Origin: Patescibacteria group bacterium
Lineage (GTDB): Bacteria; Patescibacteriota; Microgenomatia; UBA1400; PJMF01
DNA length: 63,643 nt
Assembly: GCA_023382875.1 (NCBI GenBank)
Contig: JAHDXH010000004.1
Span: 1-63,643, forward strand
Direction: 5' to 3'
Positions 8,965-18,267 of this stretch are shown piece by piece. How positions within the stretch are numbered: position 1 is the first letter of the stretch; each line of letters opens with the position of its first letter. Made by a program: the position numbers and the translations under genes. Under the pieces are notes generated by a model that saw only the letters and a program-made list of their open reading frames with translations, was not told the DNA's origin and ran no database searches.

Positions 8965-9969
8965 TTGACGCTAGAACCAAAGCCAGAGAAAATAGAGGTT
9001 ATGGCAGGACAGACAAAATATCTTTGGCTAGGGATGGGGATTCTAATTTGGATCTTTATTTTTGCGACCTTGCCTCGAGCAATTGCCAATTTTGATCCAG
9101 AAACTCACTACAATTTTGAGTTCGAATTTTTGCCAGTTGGTGTTGTGCCAATTATTAGAAATGAGTTTGAGGCAACTCGGTCTTCGGCAATTGAGGCCGT
9201 AACGGCCACGCATTTTCAAGTAACTGACTTAACATCAGGAGCAGTCTTGTTGGAAAAAAATGCTACTAGCAGTGCTTTTCCAGCATCTACTACTAAAATG
9301 ATGACGGCTTTGGTGGCTCGTGAAGTATTTTCTTTGGAAGATTTGCTAGTGATTACGCCAGAAGCAATTGCTGAGGATAATTTACTTAAATTTAGAGCTG
9401 GGGAAAAAATTTCAGCTGGAGATTTGATTAAGTCATTGCTTATTAATTCCAGTAATGAATCAGCTGAAGCTTTGGCACTTAATTATCCAGGTGGCAAAGT
9501 TGGTTTTGTTGATCTAATGAATAAGAAAGCTCGGGATATTCACTTAACCAAAAGCTTATTTATCAATCCGGCCGGTTTTGATCACGAAAATATTTACTCA
9601 ACTGCACGAGATTTGACTATTTTGGCTAAAGAGTTATTAAAAGACGAATGGTTGAAGTCTGTGGTGGCCACGAAGACCACAGTGATTGCTGAATCAACCG
9701 CCTCTGGAGAAATTAAATATCCTAATCAACATTATTTATACAACACCAATCAATTGCTGTTCGAAATGCCGGAAGTAACAGGTGTGAAGACCGGCACGAC
9801 TGATGGAGCTGGTCAAGTTTTGGTAGCTTTAGTAGAAAAAGATGGACACCAAATTTTGTTTGTGGTGATGGGAAGCGAAGACCGTTATCAAGATACAAAA
9901 TATCTTATCAATTGGGTAGACCAAGCTTTTGACTGGGTCAGTGTAGACTTCAATAATTTGATAAACTAA
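8965..9969 (+). CDS. D-alanyl-D-alanine carboxypeptidase (PBP5-type serine peptidase)
   Basis: SxxK (ASTTKMMT), SxN (SNES) and KTG (KTGTT) motifs, with an N-terminal TM anchor. Start is either TTG 8965 or ATG 9001. Confidence 0.85.
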   Translation: MTLEPKPEKIEVMAGQTKYLWLGMGILIWIFIFATLPRAIANFDPETHYNFEFEFLPVGVVPIIRNEFEATRSSAIEAVTATHFQVTDLTSGAVLLEKNATSSAFPASTTKMMTALVAREVFSLEDLLVITPEAIAEDNLLKFRAGEKISAGDLIKSLLINSSNESAEALALNYPGGKVGFVDLMNKKARDIHLTKSLFINPAGFDHENIYSTARDLTILAKELLKDEWLKSVVATKTTVIAESTASGEIKYPNQHYLYNTNQLLFEMPEVTGVKTGTTDGAGQVLVALVEKDGHQILFVVMGSEDRYQDTKYLINWVDQAFDWVSVDFNNLIN

Positions 9970-9973
9970 TAGT

Positions 9974-11062
9974 ATGGCAAGAAAAGCAGGTGCAACATTG
10001 ACTGAAGTGACCTATATGGGTCGAATTATGGTTAAGGTTGGCGCAGCTGCTTTGGTCTTATTGATGGTGGGTAGAATTACTTTAAATACCGCTATTTCCA
10101 TCTGGAAAGCCATGCATCCCGAGCCACCCCCACCACCAACGGTCGGTTTCGGCACTTTGCCCAGACTTCGTTTTCCTGATCGAGTTGATATTGAAAAACC
10201 AAACAACTATATTTTGGAAACTGCCAACGCTTCTTTCCCAGATTTTGGTGATCGAGCTAAAGTTTTCTTCATGCCTCAAAGCACGCTAGGGTTGCTTGGT
10301 GATGAAAACGCCAAAAAAATCGCGGCAATTTATGGCTATGTTTTTGAACCAGAGATTCGGAATGTTAGACAGTATCGTTGGACCAAATCTACGCCATTAA
10401 ACTCTACGTTGCAGGTTGATATTCAGACTTTGTCTTATTCTTTGATAACCGACTTTTTATCACGACCAGAACTATTAACAGATCCAAAATTGCCAGACAA
10501 TTTTGAAGCAGTGACGACCGTTAAGCAATTTTTCAATAAAGTCGAAAAAGAAGCCGACGACATTGCTACGGCATCTGGAGAAATTTTGTATCGCAAATCT
10601 TTGGGCAACGAGTTGGCTGAGGCAGTCTCTTATTCTGATGCTGATTTTATCGAAGTGGATTTGAATCGCTATCCGATTGATGGAATCTATAGAATGTTTA
10701 CCCCTGAAGGATATAAAGGTACGATCCATGCGGTTTTAACTGGAGCACTTACTGGTCAAGATGGGATAGTATTATTTGAAAATAATTACCATAAAGTAGA
10801 TTATGATCAAGTGCACACTTACCCATTGCGCACTCCGGGGGAGGCTTGGCAGATTTTGAAATCTGGTGAAGGTTATATTGCTAGTTATGAAGGTGAAGGG
10901 CGGGCTGTCATTAGAACGGTCAAGCTTGGTTATTATGATGACTTTGAAGAACAAGCCTATTTGCAGCCAATTTATGTTTTTGAAGGTGATGATAATTTCA
11001 TTGGCTATGTCAGTGCATTAGATCCAACCTATGTGCAGGCGAGAGCGAGTACCGGAAGGTAG
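9974..11062 (+). CDS. Hypothetical membrane-anchored protein
   Basis: 362-aa ORF with an N-terminal TM helix followed by a PPPPP linker. No recognisable catalytic motif. Confidence 0.65.
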   Translation: MARKAGATLTEVTYMGRIMVKVGAAALVLLMVGRITLNTAISIWKAMHPEPPPPPTVGFGTLPRLRFPDRVDIEKPNNYILETANASFPDFGDRAKVFFMPQSTLGLLGDENAKKIAAIYGYVFEPEIRNVRQYRWTKSTPLNSTLQVDIQTLSYSLITDFLSRPELLTDPKLPDNFEAVTTVKQFFNKVEKEADDIATASGEILYRKSLGNELAEAVSYSDADFIEVDLNRYPIDGIYRMFTPEGYKGTIHAVLTGALTGQDGIVLFENNYHKVDYDQVHTYPLRTPGEAWQILKSGEGYIASYEGEGRAVIRTVKLGYYDDFEEQAYLQPIYVFEGDDNFIGYVSALDPTYVQARASTGR

Positions 11063-11068
11063 TTTTCT

Positions 11069-11077
11069 TGATATAAT
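11069..11077 (+). promoter_or_regulatory. Extended -10 box (TGaTATAAT) 8 nt upstream of the gltX ATG
   Basis: TGaTATAAT at 11069-11077 and ATG at 11086. No SD lies in between (ccccctat). Confidence 0.4.
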
Positions 11078-11085
11078 CCCCCTAT

Positions 11086-12531
11086 ATGAACAAATCAGTC
11101 AGAACCAGAATGGCTCCTAGCCCAACGGGTGAAATGCACGTGGGTAGTTTGAGTATCATTCTCAAAAATTATGCTTTTGCCAAAAAGCATGGTGGTACAT
11201 TTATTCTTCGTATCGAAGATACTGATAAAGTTCGTGAAGTCGAAGGTGCCAAAGATCGCCTGATGGATGTTATTCATAAGTTTGGTCTTGATTGGGACGA
11301 AGGTCCAATTAAAGGTGGTCCTCACGGTCCTTATGTTCAATCTGAGCGTTTGCCGATTTATACAAAATTCGCCAAGCAATTAGTTGATGAAGACAAAGCT
11401 TATTATTGTTTTTGTTCCAAGGAGCGCTTGGAAAGTGTCAAAGCAGCAGCGATAGCCAACAAAGTTCCACCAAAATATGACCGCCATTGTCGTTCACTCT
11501 CCCAAGAGGAAGTGGCAGCTAAATTAGCTGAAGGTAGTGAGTACGTGATTCGCCTTAAAGTACCAGACAATCAGGAAATTAAATTTAACGATTTGATCAG
11601 GGGTGACATTGTCATTAATTCCGACATTATTGATGATCAAGTTTTGCTCAAATCTGACGGTTTTCCTACTTATCACTTGGCAGTCGTGATTGACGATCAT
11701 GACATGGAAATCACCCACATCATGCGTGGTGAAGAGTGGTTGTCATCTACACCCAAGCACATTTTGCTTTATGAAGCTTTTGGTTGGGAAAAACCAGTTT
11801 TTGCTCATATTCCAATCTATTTGAACCCAGATGGTCAAGGCAAGATGAGCAAGAGAAAAGGCGACGTTTCTGCCCAAAGTTATCTTGATAAAGGTTATTT
11901 GCCAGAGGCATTGCTCAATTTCTTCATGATTTTAGGTTGGACGCCGGAAGATCAAAGAGACATTGTGACTTTAGAAGAATATATTCAGGAATTCGACCCC
12001 AAAGATATTAGTAAAAAGTCAGTTGCTTTTGACCTCAAAAAATTAGCTTGGTTGAATGGCGTTTATATCCGCGCCCTTTATGAAAAAGATCACGCTGAAC
12101 TTATCAAAAGATTAACACCTTTCTTGCCAACAGATTTCCCACAAGAAAAACTAGGTGTGATTTTGCCATTGGTTTATGAAAGACTGGAGCGCTTAACTGA
12201 TATGGAAGAGTTAACTAGTTTCTTCTATCAAGACATTGAGCAAGATAAAGAATTGCTACTCAAAAAAGCTGATGTCGAATTGGTGAAAAAACAATTGACT
12301 GAAGTTGAAGAAGCTTTAATGAGCGGCGAGTGGTCGCTTAGCCACCTCGAGGAATCTTTGCGTGGTATTCAAGAACGAAATAACTATCAAAAATCACAAT
12401 TTTTCATGATGGTGCGTGTGGCGGTCACTGGCAAAAAAGCTACCCCACCACTTTTTGAAACCATGGAGGTGATGGGCAAAGATTTGGTCTTGGCGAGATT
12501 AAAGCAAGCTAGACAAATTGTCAGCGCCTAG
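11086..12531 (+). CDS. gltX: Glutamate--tRNA ligase
   Basis: 481 aa. Class I signature PSPTGEMHVGS (HIGH-type) and KMSKRKG (KMSKS). Overall GluRS layout. Confidence 0.95.
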   Translation: MNKSVRTRMAPSPTGEMHVGSLSIILKNYAFAKKHGGTFILRIEDTDKVREVEGAKDRLMDVIHKFGLDWDEGPIKGGPHGPYVQSERLPIYTKFAKQLVDEDKAYYCFCSKERLESVKAAAIANKVPPKYDRHCRSLSQEEVAAKLAEGSEYVIRLKVPDNQEIKFNDLIRGDIVINSDIIDDQVLLKSDGFPTYHLAVVIDDHDMEITHIMRGEEWLSSTPKHILLYEAFGWEKPVFAHIPIYLNPDGQGKMSKRKGDVSAQSYLDKGYLPEALLNFFMILGWTPEDQRDIVTLEEYIQEFDPKDISKKSVAFDLKKLAWLNGVYIRALYEKDHAELIKRLTPFLPTDFPQEKLGVILPLVYERLERLTDMEELTSFFYQDIEQDKELLLKKADVELVKKQLTEVEEALMSGEWSLSHLEESLRGIQERNNYQKSQFFMMVRVAVTGKKATPPLFETMEVMGKDLVLARLKQARQIVSA

Positions 12532-12577
12532 GTTCACTACTCGACGTCTGTGATGCTATACTGATTGCACTCACAAA

Positions 12578-13513
12578 ATGTCGAAGTTCAAAAAAACCTC
12601 ACCCAAGCTCAACAAGCTCCGTCTTTTCTATGCTGACGCAAAAAATCGTTTTCACAAAACGCATCTTAATGCTAGTCAGTGGCTTGGTGATCGAGGCCTG
12701 GACGTGGAGGCTCTGAAAATGGCTGGCAAAAGTGCTATCACCGCCACGACTCTTGCTGGAGCAGTTTTAACTTCCCAACCCGTTGACGCTAGAATGGCCG
12801 AAAAAATTCTTGGTTTGAACAATAAAGAAGAAAAATTGGTGGCCGAGGTAACTTTGGAAGAACATGAGGAAATCATGAATAAGATGGCACAAATGGTGAA
12901 AATGCCACCAGGTCATCTCAATCGTGAGGACGAACTGTACTTGGAGCAACAAATTTCTGACATGGTGGGTTTTGAAGTGACAGCCGAACTTGATGGCCAC
13001 AGACTCAATCACTCGATTGGTATCATGGGTGGCGAGCAGCATTTGAAGCGTTTTCCTACTGATTCACTGGCTCAGCATGATGAATATCAACAAGCTGGCA
13101 TTGCCCCCAACCGTGGTGCTTTTGGTTGGTTTACTGAAAATGGTGAGCTGACTCAGCAAGCCATTCAAAGAGAAAAATATTATTTCGCTGTCCAAACTTT
13201 ATATTTGCCAGAATGGAATCAAAATCACGATGAACTTAAACCTTGGTACAAATATCGCAAAATGATTGCGATTAATCCTGCCGATGGTATGGCTGCCGTT
13301 GGAGTGGTGGGTGACGCTGGTCCAGCTCAATGGGTGGGTAAGCAATTTGGTGGGTCGCCAGAGATTATTAAAGATGCCAAAATTTGGAGTAAAGAAGCTC
13401 GAGGTCGTGTCATTCTATTTTTTGTTGACGATCCAGAGGACAAAGTCCCCTTAGGGATTGTAGATTTGAATCAAATTAAAGAGCAATTAGCTCAGGCGGA
13501 GGCAGCTTCATGA
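12578..13513 (+). CDS. Hypothetical protein (possible C-terminal RlpA/DPBB-like barrel)
   Basis: 311-aa ORF. The C-terminal stretch AINPADGMAAVGVVGDAGPAQWVGKQFGGSPE weakly resembles double-psi beta-barrel cell-wall proteins. TGcTATACT box upstream. Confidence 0.6.
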   Translation: MSKFKKTSPKLNKLRLFYADAKNRFHKTHLNASQWLGDRGLDVEALKMAGKSAITATTLAGAVLTSQPVDARMAEKILGLNNKEEKLVAEVTLEEHEEIMNKMAQMVKMPPGHLNREDELYLEQQISDMVGFEVTAELDGHRLNHSIGIMGGEQHLKRFPTDSLAQHDEYQQAGIAPNRGAFGWFTENGELTQQAIQREKYYFAVQTLYLPEWNQNHDELKPWYKYRKMIAINPADGMAAVGVVGDAGPAQWVGKQFGGSPEIIKDAKIWSKEARGRVILFFVDDPEDKVPLGIVDLNQIKEQLAQAEAAS

Positions 13514-13818
13514 GAAATGTTTATTACGCGCCACTAGTGAGATGGGAACGAGTCGAAGAGATTATTATGCTGGTGCCGGAAGATGAGCGAGAAGAAGCCG
13601 AAAAATTGGTGATTAGTTCGATTGATCATGTGGTGATCGAAACAGTTTTGATTCACTTGGACAAAGACCATCATGAGGAGTTTATGCAAAAAATCCACGA
13701 TGCTTATCATGACCCATCTGTTTTGGAGTGGCTCAAAGAAAAAGTGGGAGATATTGAAGAAAAGCTGAAAAACGCCATTTCCCAAACCAAATCATCCATA
13801 ATTCAATTATTGAGTTAA
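13510..13818 (+). CDS. Hypothetical acidic protein
   Basis: 102-aa ORF. Its ATG overlaps the upstream stop (ATGA), which suggests translational coupling. Confidence 0.55.
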   Translation: MRNVYYAPLVRWERVEEIIMLVPEDEREEAEKLVISSIDHVVIETVLIHLDKDHHEEFMQKIHDAYHDPSVLEWLKEKVGDIEEKLKNAISQTKSSIIQLLS

Positions 13819-13915
13819 AATATGGCTAAGTTAAGTGCTTTCGAAATTGATATTGATGAAGGATTGAGTCACGAATCAATTGAGAAAGTGCGGAACTTAG
13901 CTAGAATGTAACGAA

Positions 13916-14305
13916 ATGATTAGAATAAACCTCTTTGTAGGGTCAAGATTTCCAGTTGATCGTAAAATGATTCGCGAACGAGCGAAAGATGTGTTGTTGG
14001 AGCGAGGCTTGGATCATATTGAAGTTGATATTTCGATTGTTGGATCAAGGAAAATTAAAGAATTAAATGAGTCAAAATTGGCTCACGAAGGCACCACTGA
14101 CGTTTTGTCTTTTCCTCAGCATGAAAAAAACCAGCTTCATGATTTCCCACTTCCAGAGGGCATTCCACCTCATCTTGGCGATATCGTGATTAGCTTTCCT
14201 GAAGCTGTCAAAACTGCCAAAAAATTTGGCAAAAGAGTTGACCAACAAATCTGTTTTTACCTAGAGCATGGTTTGATGCACTTGCTTGGATATCACCACG
14301 ATTGA
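13916..14305 (+). CDS. ybeY: rRNA maturation endoribonuclease YbeY
   Basis: 129 aa. Zinc motif HGLMHLLGYHH at the C-terminus. Confidence 0.9.
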   Translation: MIRINLFVGSRFPVDRKMIRERAKDVLLERGLDHIEVDISIVGSRKIKELNESKLAHEGTTDVLSFPQHEKNQLHDFPLPEGIPPHLGDIVISFPEAVKTAKKFGKRVDQQICFYLEHGLMHLLGYHHD

Positions 14306-14395
14306 AAAAGGATTGATCAATCAATTTAGTGTATAATACCTGAGTAAGAAAAAGTCAACCAAAAATAATCAAGTTGTTTCCAAGAAAAACCTTTT

Positions 14396-15487
14396 ATGTC
14401 TAAAGTCCCGCAAGCGATTTTGAATGATATTGATGAGCTAATTAAGAAAGCCAAAGCCCGCGGGTTTGTCACTCAAGACGAAGTCTTAGAAGCTTTTGTT
14501 GAACCAGAGCTTTATATTGATTTACTCGATGAATTTTATAATCAGCTTTATAACTTAGGTTCAGATATTTTTGAATCAGTTTCCCAAGATAAAGAAGAAG
14601 ACACGGTTTCTGACTCTGCTAAAGAGCTAGAAATGCTATCCAGTCTCAAGACTAGTGGCAGTGCTGACCCAGTCCGCATGTACCTCAAAGAAATTGGTCG
14701 TATTCCTTTGTTGAACAGAGAAGATGAAATTCGTTTGGCTCAGCGCGCTGAAGCCGGTGATGCCAAAGCCAAAGAAAAATTGACTTCCTCCAACTTACGT
14801 TTGGTCGTTTCGATTGCCAAAAAATATATTGGCCGTGGCATGACTTTCCTTGATTTGATTCAAGAAGGCAACAAGGGTTTGATTAGAGCCGTCGAAAAAT
14901 ACGACTGGACTAAAGGTTTCAAATTTTCTACTTATGCCACCTGGTGGATTCGTCAAGCTATTACTCGTGCGATTGCTGACCAAGCTCGTACGATTCGTAT
15001 TCCTGTGCACATGGTGGAAACCATCAACAAATTGATGCGCACTTCTCGTAAGTTGATGCAAGATTTGGGCCGTGAACCCACCCCAGAAGAAATTGGTGAG
15101 TTGATGGATCTCGAACCAGAAAAAGTCCGCGAAATTTTGAAGATTTCTCAAAACACTACTTCCCTTGAATCACCAGTCGGTGATGGAGAAGATGACTCAG
15201 TGTTGGGTGACTTTATTGCTGATGATAAGCAAACTACTCCTTATGATGCCACTTCACAACATATGTTGACTGAAAACATCAGGGAAGTGTTATCTGCTTT
15301 ATCTGACCGCGAAGCTCGTGTTTTGGAAATGAGATTTGGTCTTGAGGGTGGTAAACCTATGACTTTGGAAGAAGTTGGTCGTAAGTTTGGTGTCACTCGT
15401 GAACGTATTCGTCAGATTGAGGCTAAGGCATTGAGAAAATTAAGACATCCAAGTAAGAGAAAGAGATTACAAGACTTCTTAGAATAA
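14396..15487 (+). CDS. rpoD: RNA polymerase sigma-70 factor RpoD
   Basis: 363 aa. Region 2 reads [24 protein letters not shown]. Region 4 reads [28 protein letters not shown]. Confidence 0.95.
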   Translation: MSKVPQAILNDIDELIKKAKARGFVTQDEVLEAFVEPELYIDLLDEFYNQLYNLGSDIFESVSQDKEEDTVSDSAKELEMLSSLKTSGSADPVRMYLKEIGRIPLLNREDEIRLAQRAEAGDAKAKEKLTSSNLRLVVSIAKKYIGRGMTFLDLIQEGNKGLIRAVEKYDWTKGFKFSTYATWWIRQAITRAIADQARTIRIPVHMVETINKLMRTSRKLMQDLGREPTPEEIGELMDLEPEKVREILKISQNTTSLESPVGDGEDDSVLGDFIADDKQTTPYDATSQHMLTENIREVLSALSDREARVLEMRFGLEGGKPMTLEEVGRKFGVTRERIRQIEAKALRKLRHPSKRKRLQDFLE

Positions 15488-15583
15488 GGTTTTTATTTAG
15501 CTCGATTGATCGGTGATTCAATCCTTCATCAATATCAATCTCGCTAATCAAAAACCTTATCTATAAAAGCTTGTGATCACGTC

Positions 15584-15612
15584 TGGAATTTTCTTGGTGA
15601 GGTTGATATAAT
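15584..15612 (+). promoter_or_regulatory. Promoter for tRNA-Asn (extended -10)
   Basis: TGaTATAAT at 15604-15612 and a -35-like TGGAAT at 15584-15589 with a 17-nt spacer. It lies about 15 nt upstream of the tRNA 5' end. Confidence 0.4.
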
Positions 15613-15627
15613 CTAGTCTCGTAACAA

Positions 15628-15699
15628 TCCCCGATAGCTCAATGGCAGAGCGCCCGGCTGTTAACCGGTAGGTTCTAGGTTCGACCCCTAGTCGGGGAG
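15628..15699 (+). tRNA. tRNA-Asn (anticodon GTT), CCA not encoded
   Basis: Hand-folded cloverleaf. Acceptor tccccga/tcgggga, D stem gctc/gagc, anticodon loop ctGTTaa, T stem ctagg/cctag with loop ttcgacc, discriminator G. Confidence 0.9.
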
Positions 15700-15729
15700 C
15701 ATTAAAATCTAAGAAAAATTAAATTGACT

Positions 15730-17472
15730 TCAAATTTCTCTGTACTGGGTTCCCAAAAAAGGGATTTCCCTCGTAAAAGTAGCCTTTGTGACACTGCCAC
15801 TTTCAAATTCAAATTTGTCTAATTGAGCTTCAAATTCATCTTTGTTTAGACTCACAATATATTGAAAATTTTTTCCTTTTTTGTTTTGGTCGTATACAAA
15901 ATTTAATGCCCTAACCATGTCATCTCTTCCCGTTGACGGGAAAATATTATCATGAATAAGAAAACCTAAATGACGTGAGGTTGTCACTCCACTGATCATA
16001 AGTAGAATGTCATACATAAATGTCCGTATACGATCCATGCCGCTACCGCCATCTAAATCAATTCTGTAATCAAAAACAATATATTCAGCCTGCAGGGATG
16101 TTTTAATGTCAAATTGACATCTAGAGTTACCCGCAATTACCTGATGAAGTTCTTTCAGATTGTTCTCGAAAGATTCAATATTTTTCTTTTTCTCTAAAAT
16201 TTCTTTATCAATTAGTTTAATTAGTTGGTTTCTATTTATTTCCAGTGTTTTTTTCTCTTCTTTTTTTTGTTCTAAAGTGTCGTACTTATCTACTAGATTT
16301 TCTAATTTATCATTCTTTTCCTTTTCTTCTTTTAAAGCCCTCTTTAAACTATCAATTTTTTTGTCAGCATTTAGAACTTTATAAATTTTTGAAATTTGAG
16401 AGTCAATTTGAGTAATTTTTCCATCTAGATCATGAACTTCGCCGTATAAAGTCTCTAATCTTTGATCAAAAATTTTATTTTGAAAACTTTCTATTTTTTC
16501 ATGTAACTCAATTACTTCATTTAAAGATTTTTTGACTAAATCACCTAAACCCTCTCTAAAAGTATTATAAATTATCTCAACTCTTTTAGGATTCACTTTC
16601 TCAAATTGTGGCAGTTTTTTAATTCTGTTTATTGCCAATAATTTGGAAGATCTAAGAGCAGATAATGATTCTAGTTGATATTCCAGATCTTGCAATTCTT
16701 CCTTGCGTTGTCTGAAGCCTTCTCCAGGTTTAAGTTCTTCAATTGAAAAATTGAGTTTTTCAACCTTATCTTTTAGATCGTTTATGTAAGATCTAACCGT
16801 TTTAACATCGATGCCCATGTTTTTGAATGTTCTATTTATATCACGTAAACTTGCTTCGTTGTCAGTAATTGTTTTATTAATTTGTTTCATCCTGTCTATA
16901 AAGCTTATATCGAACCCAAAGAGATAAAGATGCGGTTTTATTGCGTCATTAAAATTAAAGAACTTTTTATTGGCAAAAGGTCTAAGAATGTCGTCAAAGG
17001 ATGATTTCTCTTCTCTTATAAGAATCGAAAGCAAATTTCTAATTGATGGCTTTAAAACATTTTCCGAACCTTCAAAAATAATACTTTCAAACCATTCTTT
17101 AGCATCGTCTAGCTTTTCAAATTCTTGTTCGTTTTCATCTACTATGAGTAAAATAGGTGATTTAGAATTACGTTTTCGTTTAATTGTAATATTTTTAATT
17201 CTTTGTTTTGTTTCTATTTCTAGATCTAAACAGATTAATTGTTCTTCGCTCAAAACATCATTTGGAATTTTATTAATTCTTGAACTAAAATCTGAAAATA
17301 AACAATAATTTATCATTTCTATTGCAAGAGATTTTCCTACACTATTCATTTTCTCACTATTATCTGATCGTTCTCCCAATAAAATATTTAAGCCCTTTTT
17401 AAAAACAATCGGATTTATTTTTTTGCCTTTAATAGTATCTGGCTCAAAATAGAGCTGTTTTAAAGTTATCAT
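15730..17472 (-). CDS. SMC-like coiled-coil ABC ATPase (DUF2326 / ABC-3C / LmuB-like)
   Basis: 580 aa.
- An N-terminal split P-loop, GLNILLGERSDNSEKMNSVGKSLAIEMINYCL.
- A K/E-rich coiled coil of roughly 250 aa.
- A C-terminal signature-like DLDGGSGMDR.
- Walker B-like LGFLIHDN followed by QYIVSLN.
Its ATG overlaps the upstream stop (ATGA). Confidence 0.8.
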   Translation of the reverse strand: MITLKQLYFEPDTIKGKKINPIVFKKGLNILLGERSDNSEKMNSVGKSLAIEMINYCLFSDFSSRINKIPNDVLSEEQLICLDLEIETKQRIKNITIKRKRNSKSPILLIVDENEQEFEKLDDAKEWFESIIFEGSENVLKPSIRNLLSILIREEKSSFDDILRPFANKKFFNFNDAIKPHLYLFGFDISFIDRMKQINKTITDNEASLRDINRTFKNMGIDVKTVRSYINDLKDKVEKLNFSIEELKPGEGFRQRKEELQDLEYQLESLSALRSSKLLAINRIKKLPQFEKVNPKRVEIIYNTFREGLGDLVKKSLNEVIELHEKIESFQNKIFDQRLETLYGEVHDLDGKITQIDSQISKIYKVLNADKKIDSLKRALKEEKEKNDKLENLVDKYDTLEQKKEEKKTLEINRNQLIKLIDKEILEKKKNIESFENNLKELHQVIAGNSRCQFDIKTSLQAEYIVFDYRIDLDGGSGMDRIRTFMYDILLMISGVTTSRHLGFLIHDNIFPSTGRDDMVRALNFVYDQNKKGKNFQYIVSLNKDEFEAQLDKFEFESGSVTKATFTREIPFLGTQYREI

Positions 17473-17729
17473 TTTATTTTGTTTACAAGCGCTAGGTTGT
17501 ATATAAAAGGTGGGTCGAAATCGATGATGTTATTCATATAAAGGAAAAAAATAGCCGAAATTGTATTCTCATAGTTAAATGAACCGCTTTTTTTTCTTAC
17601 AAGTGGGTAAATATCGAAGATAGGCATTTTGTCCTTTTTCTTTAAAGCCTCTAAGATTACTGACCCTATCACAACGCTTGAGTCACTTATAGTTTCGTCT
17701 GGAGAGAGTAAAGTTATTTTATTATTCAT
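17469..17729 (-). CDS. Small protein in the middle-component position of an ABC-3C/Lamassu-like operon
   Basis: 86 aa from ATG 17729 (the ORF track extends to 17750). This ATG overlaps the upstream stop by 8 nt (ATGAATAA), and its stop overlaps the ATPase ATG. No enzymatic motif. Confidence 0.65.
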   Translation of the reverse strand: MNNKITLLSPDETISDSSVVIGSVILEALKKKDKMPIFDIYPLVRKKSGSFNYENTISAIFFLYMNNIIDFDPPFIYNLALVNKIK

Positions 17730-18267
17730 GAGTCGGATTTGGAAAAACATTACATGCTACTAATTGATTATAAAGATAGTAGCGCACGGCACCACTGTCA
17801 TAATCAAAATTTTGTAGGTCATCAGAATAAAATTTACTTTCAAGATATTCGCATAAATCATCCAATGCTGTGATAGGGTTTTCTTGATTCCTCATTAAAG
17901 CGGCAGCGCTTTTGATTCTTAGAAAACTGCAAACAACGTCAACATCTGTTCTTGGTATTTGATAATCTCTCATGACAACAAAGTATTGTGCCTTATATTT
18001 AATACTTAACTCTGCATAAAGGTTAATTAGTTCATCTGCGTATTTATCAAAACGAAACTTGATCTTTTTCTCAGGATCAATCTCTCTTTTGTCTGAAGTT
18101 GAACTCTCCTGATCTTTTGATAATCGGGTCAAAGTAGAAATTATCAGCTGAATAGTTTTTACCTCATTTGACACCTTGGTTTTAATGCCAATAGTTACAC
18201 TATTATGGTCACCATTAATGTTTGGTGAATTATTACCAGCGCTTGTTTGATGTGCTACATTGGTCAT
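17722..18267 (-). CDS. Helical protein in the effector position, resembling only the C-terminal coupling domain of ABC-3C/LmuA effectors
   Basis: 181 aa. An Asn/Gly-rich N-terminus (AGNNSPNINGDHNSVTIG) is followed by a helical domain ending in YYLYNQLVACNVFPNP. No nuclease, protease, TIR or Sir2 motif is visible. Its ATG overlaps the stop of the upstream small ORF (ATGA). Confidence 0.7.
   Translation of the reverse strand: MTNVAHQTSAGNNSPNINGDHNSVTIGIKTKVSNEVKTIQLIISTLTRLSKDQESSTSDKREIDPEKKIKFRFDKYADELINLYAELSIKYKAQYFVVMRDYQIPRTDVDVVCSFLRIKSAAALMRNQENPITALDDLCEYLESKFYSDDLQNFDYDSGAVRYYLYNQLVACNVFPNPTHE

Noticed and set aside
13822-13911. Small ORFs in short gaps: 29 aa at 13822-13911 (MAKLSAFEIDIDEGLSHESIEKVRNLARM) and 28 aa at 32372-32458 (MRRMVILIGIFAMLYLAFTSLRDIFFSH, hydrophobic).
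   Set aside because: They are too short to support from sequence alone. The first overlaps the putative ybeY -10 box. I keep them as possibilities but do not report them as features.
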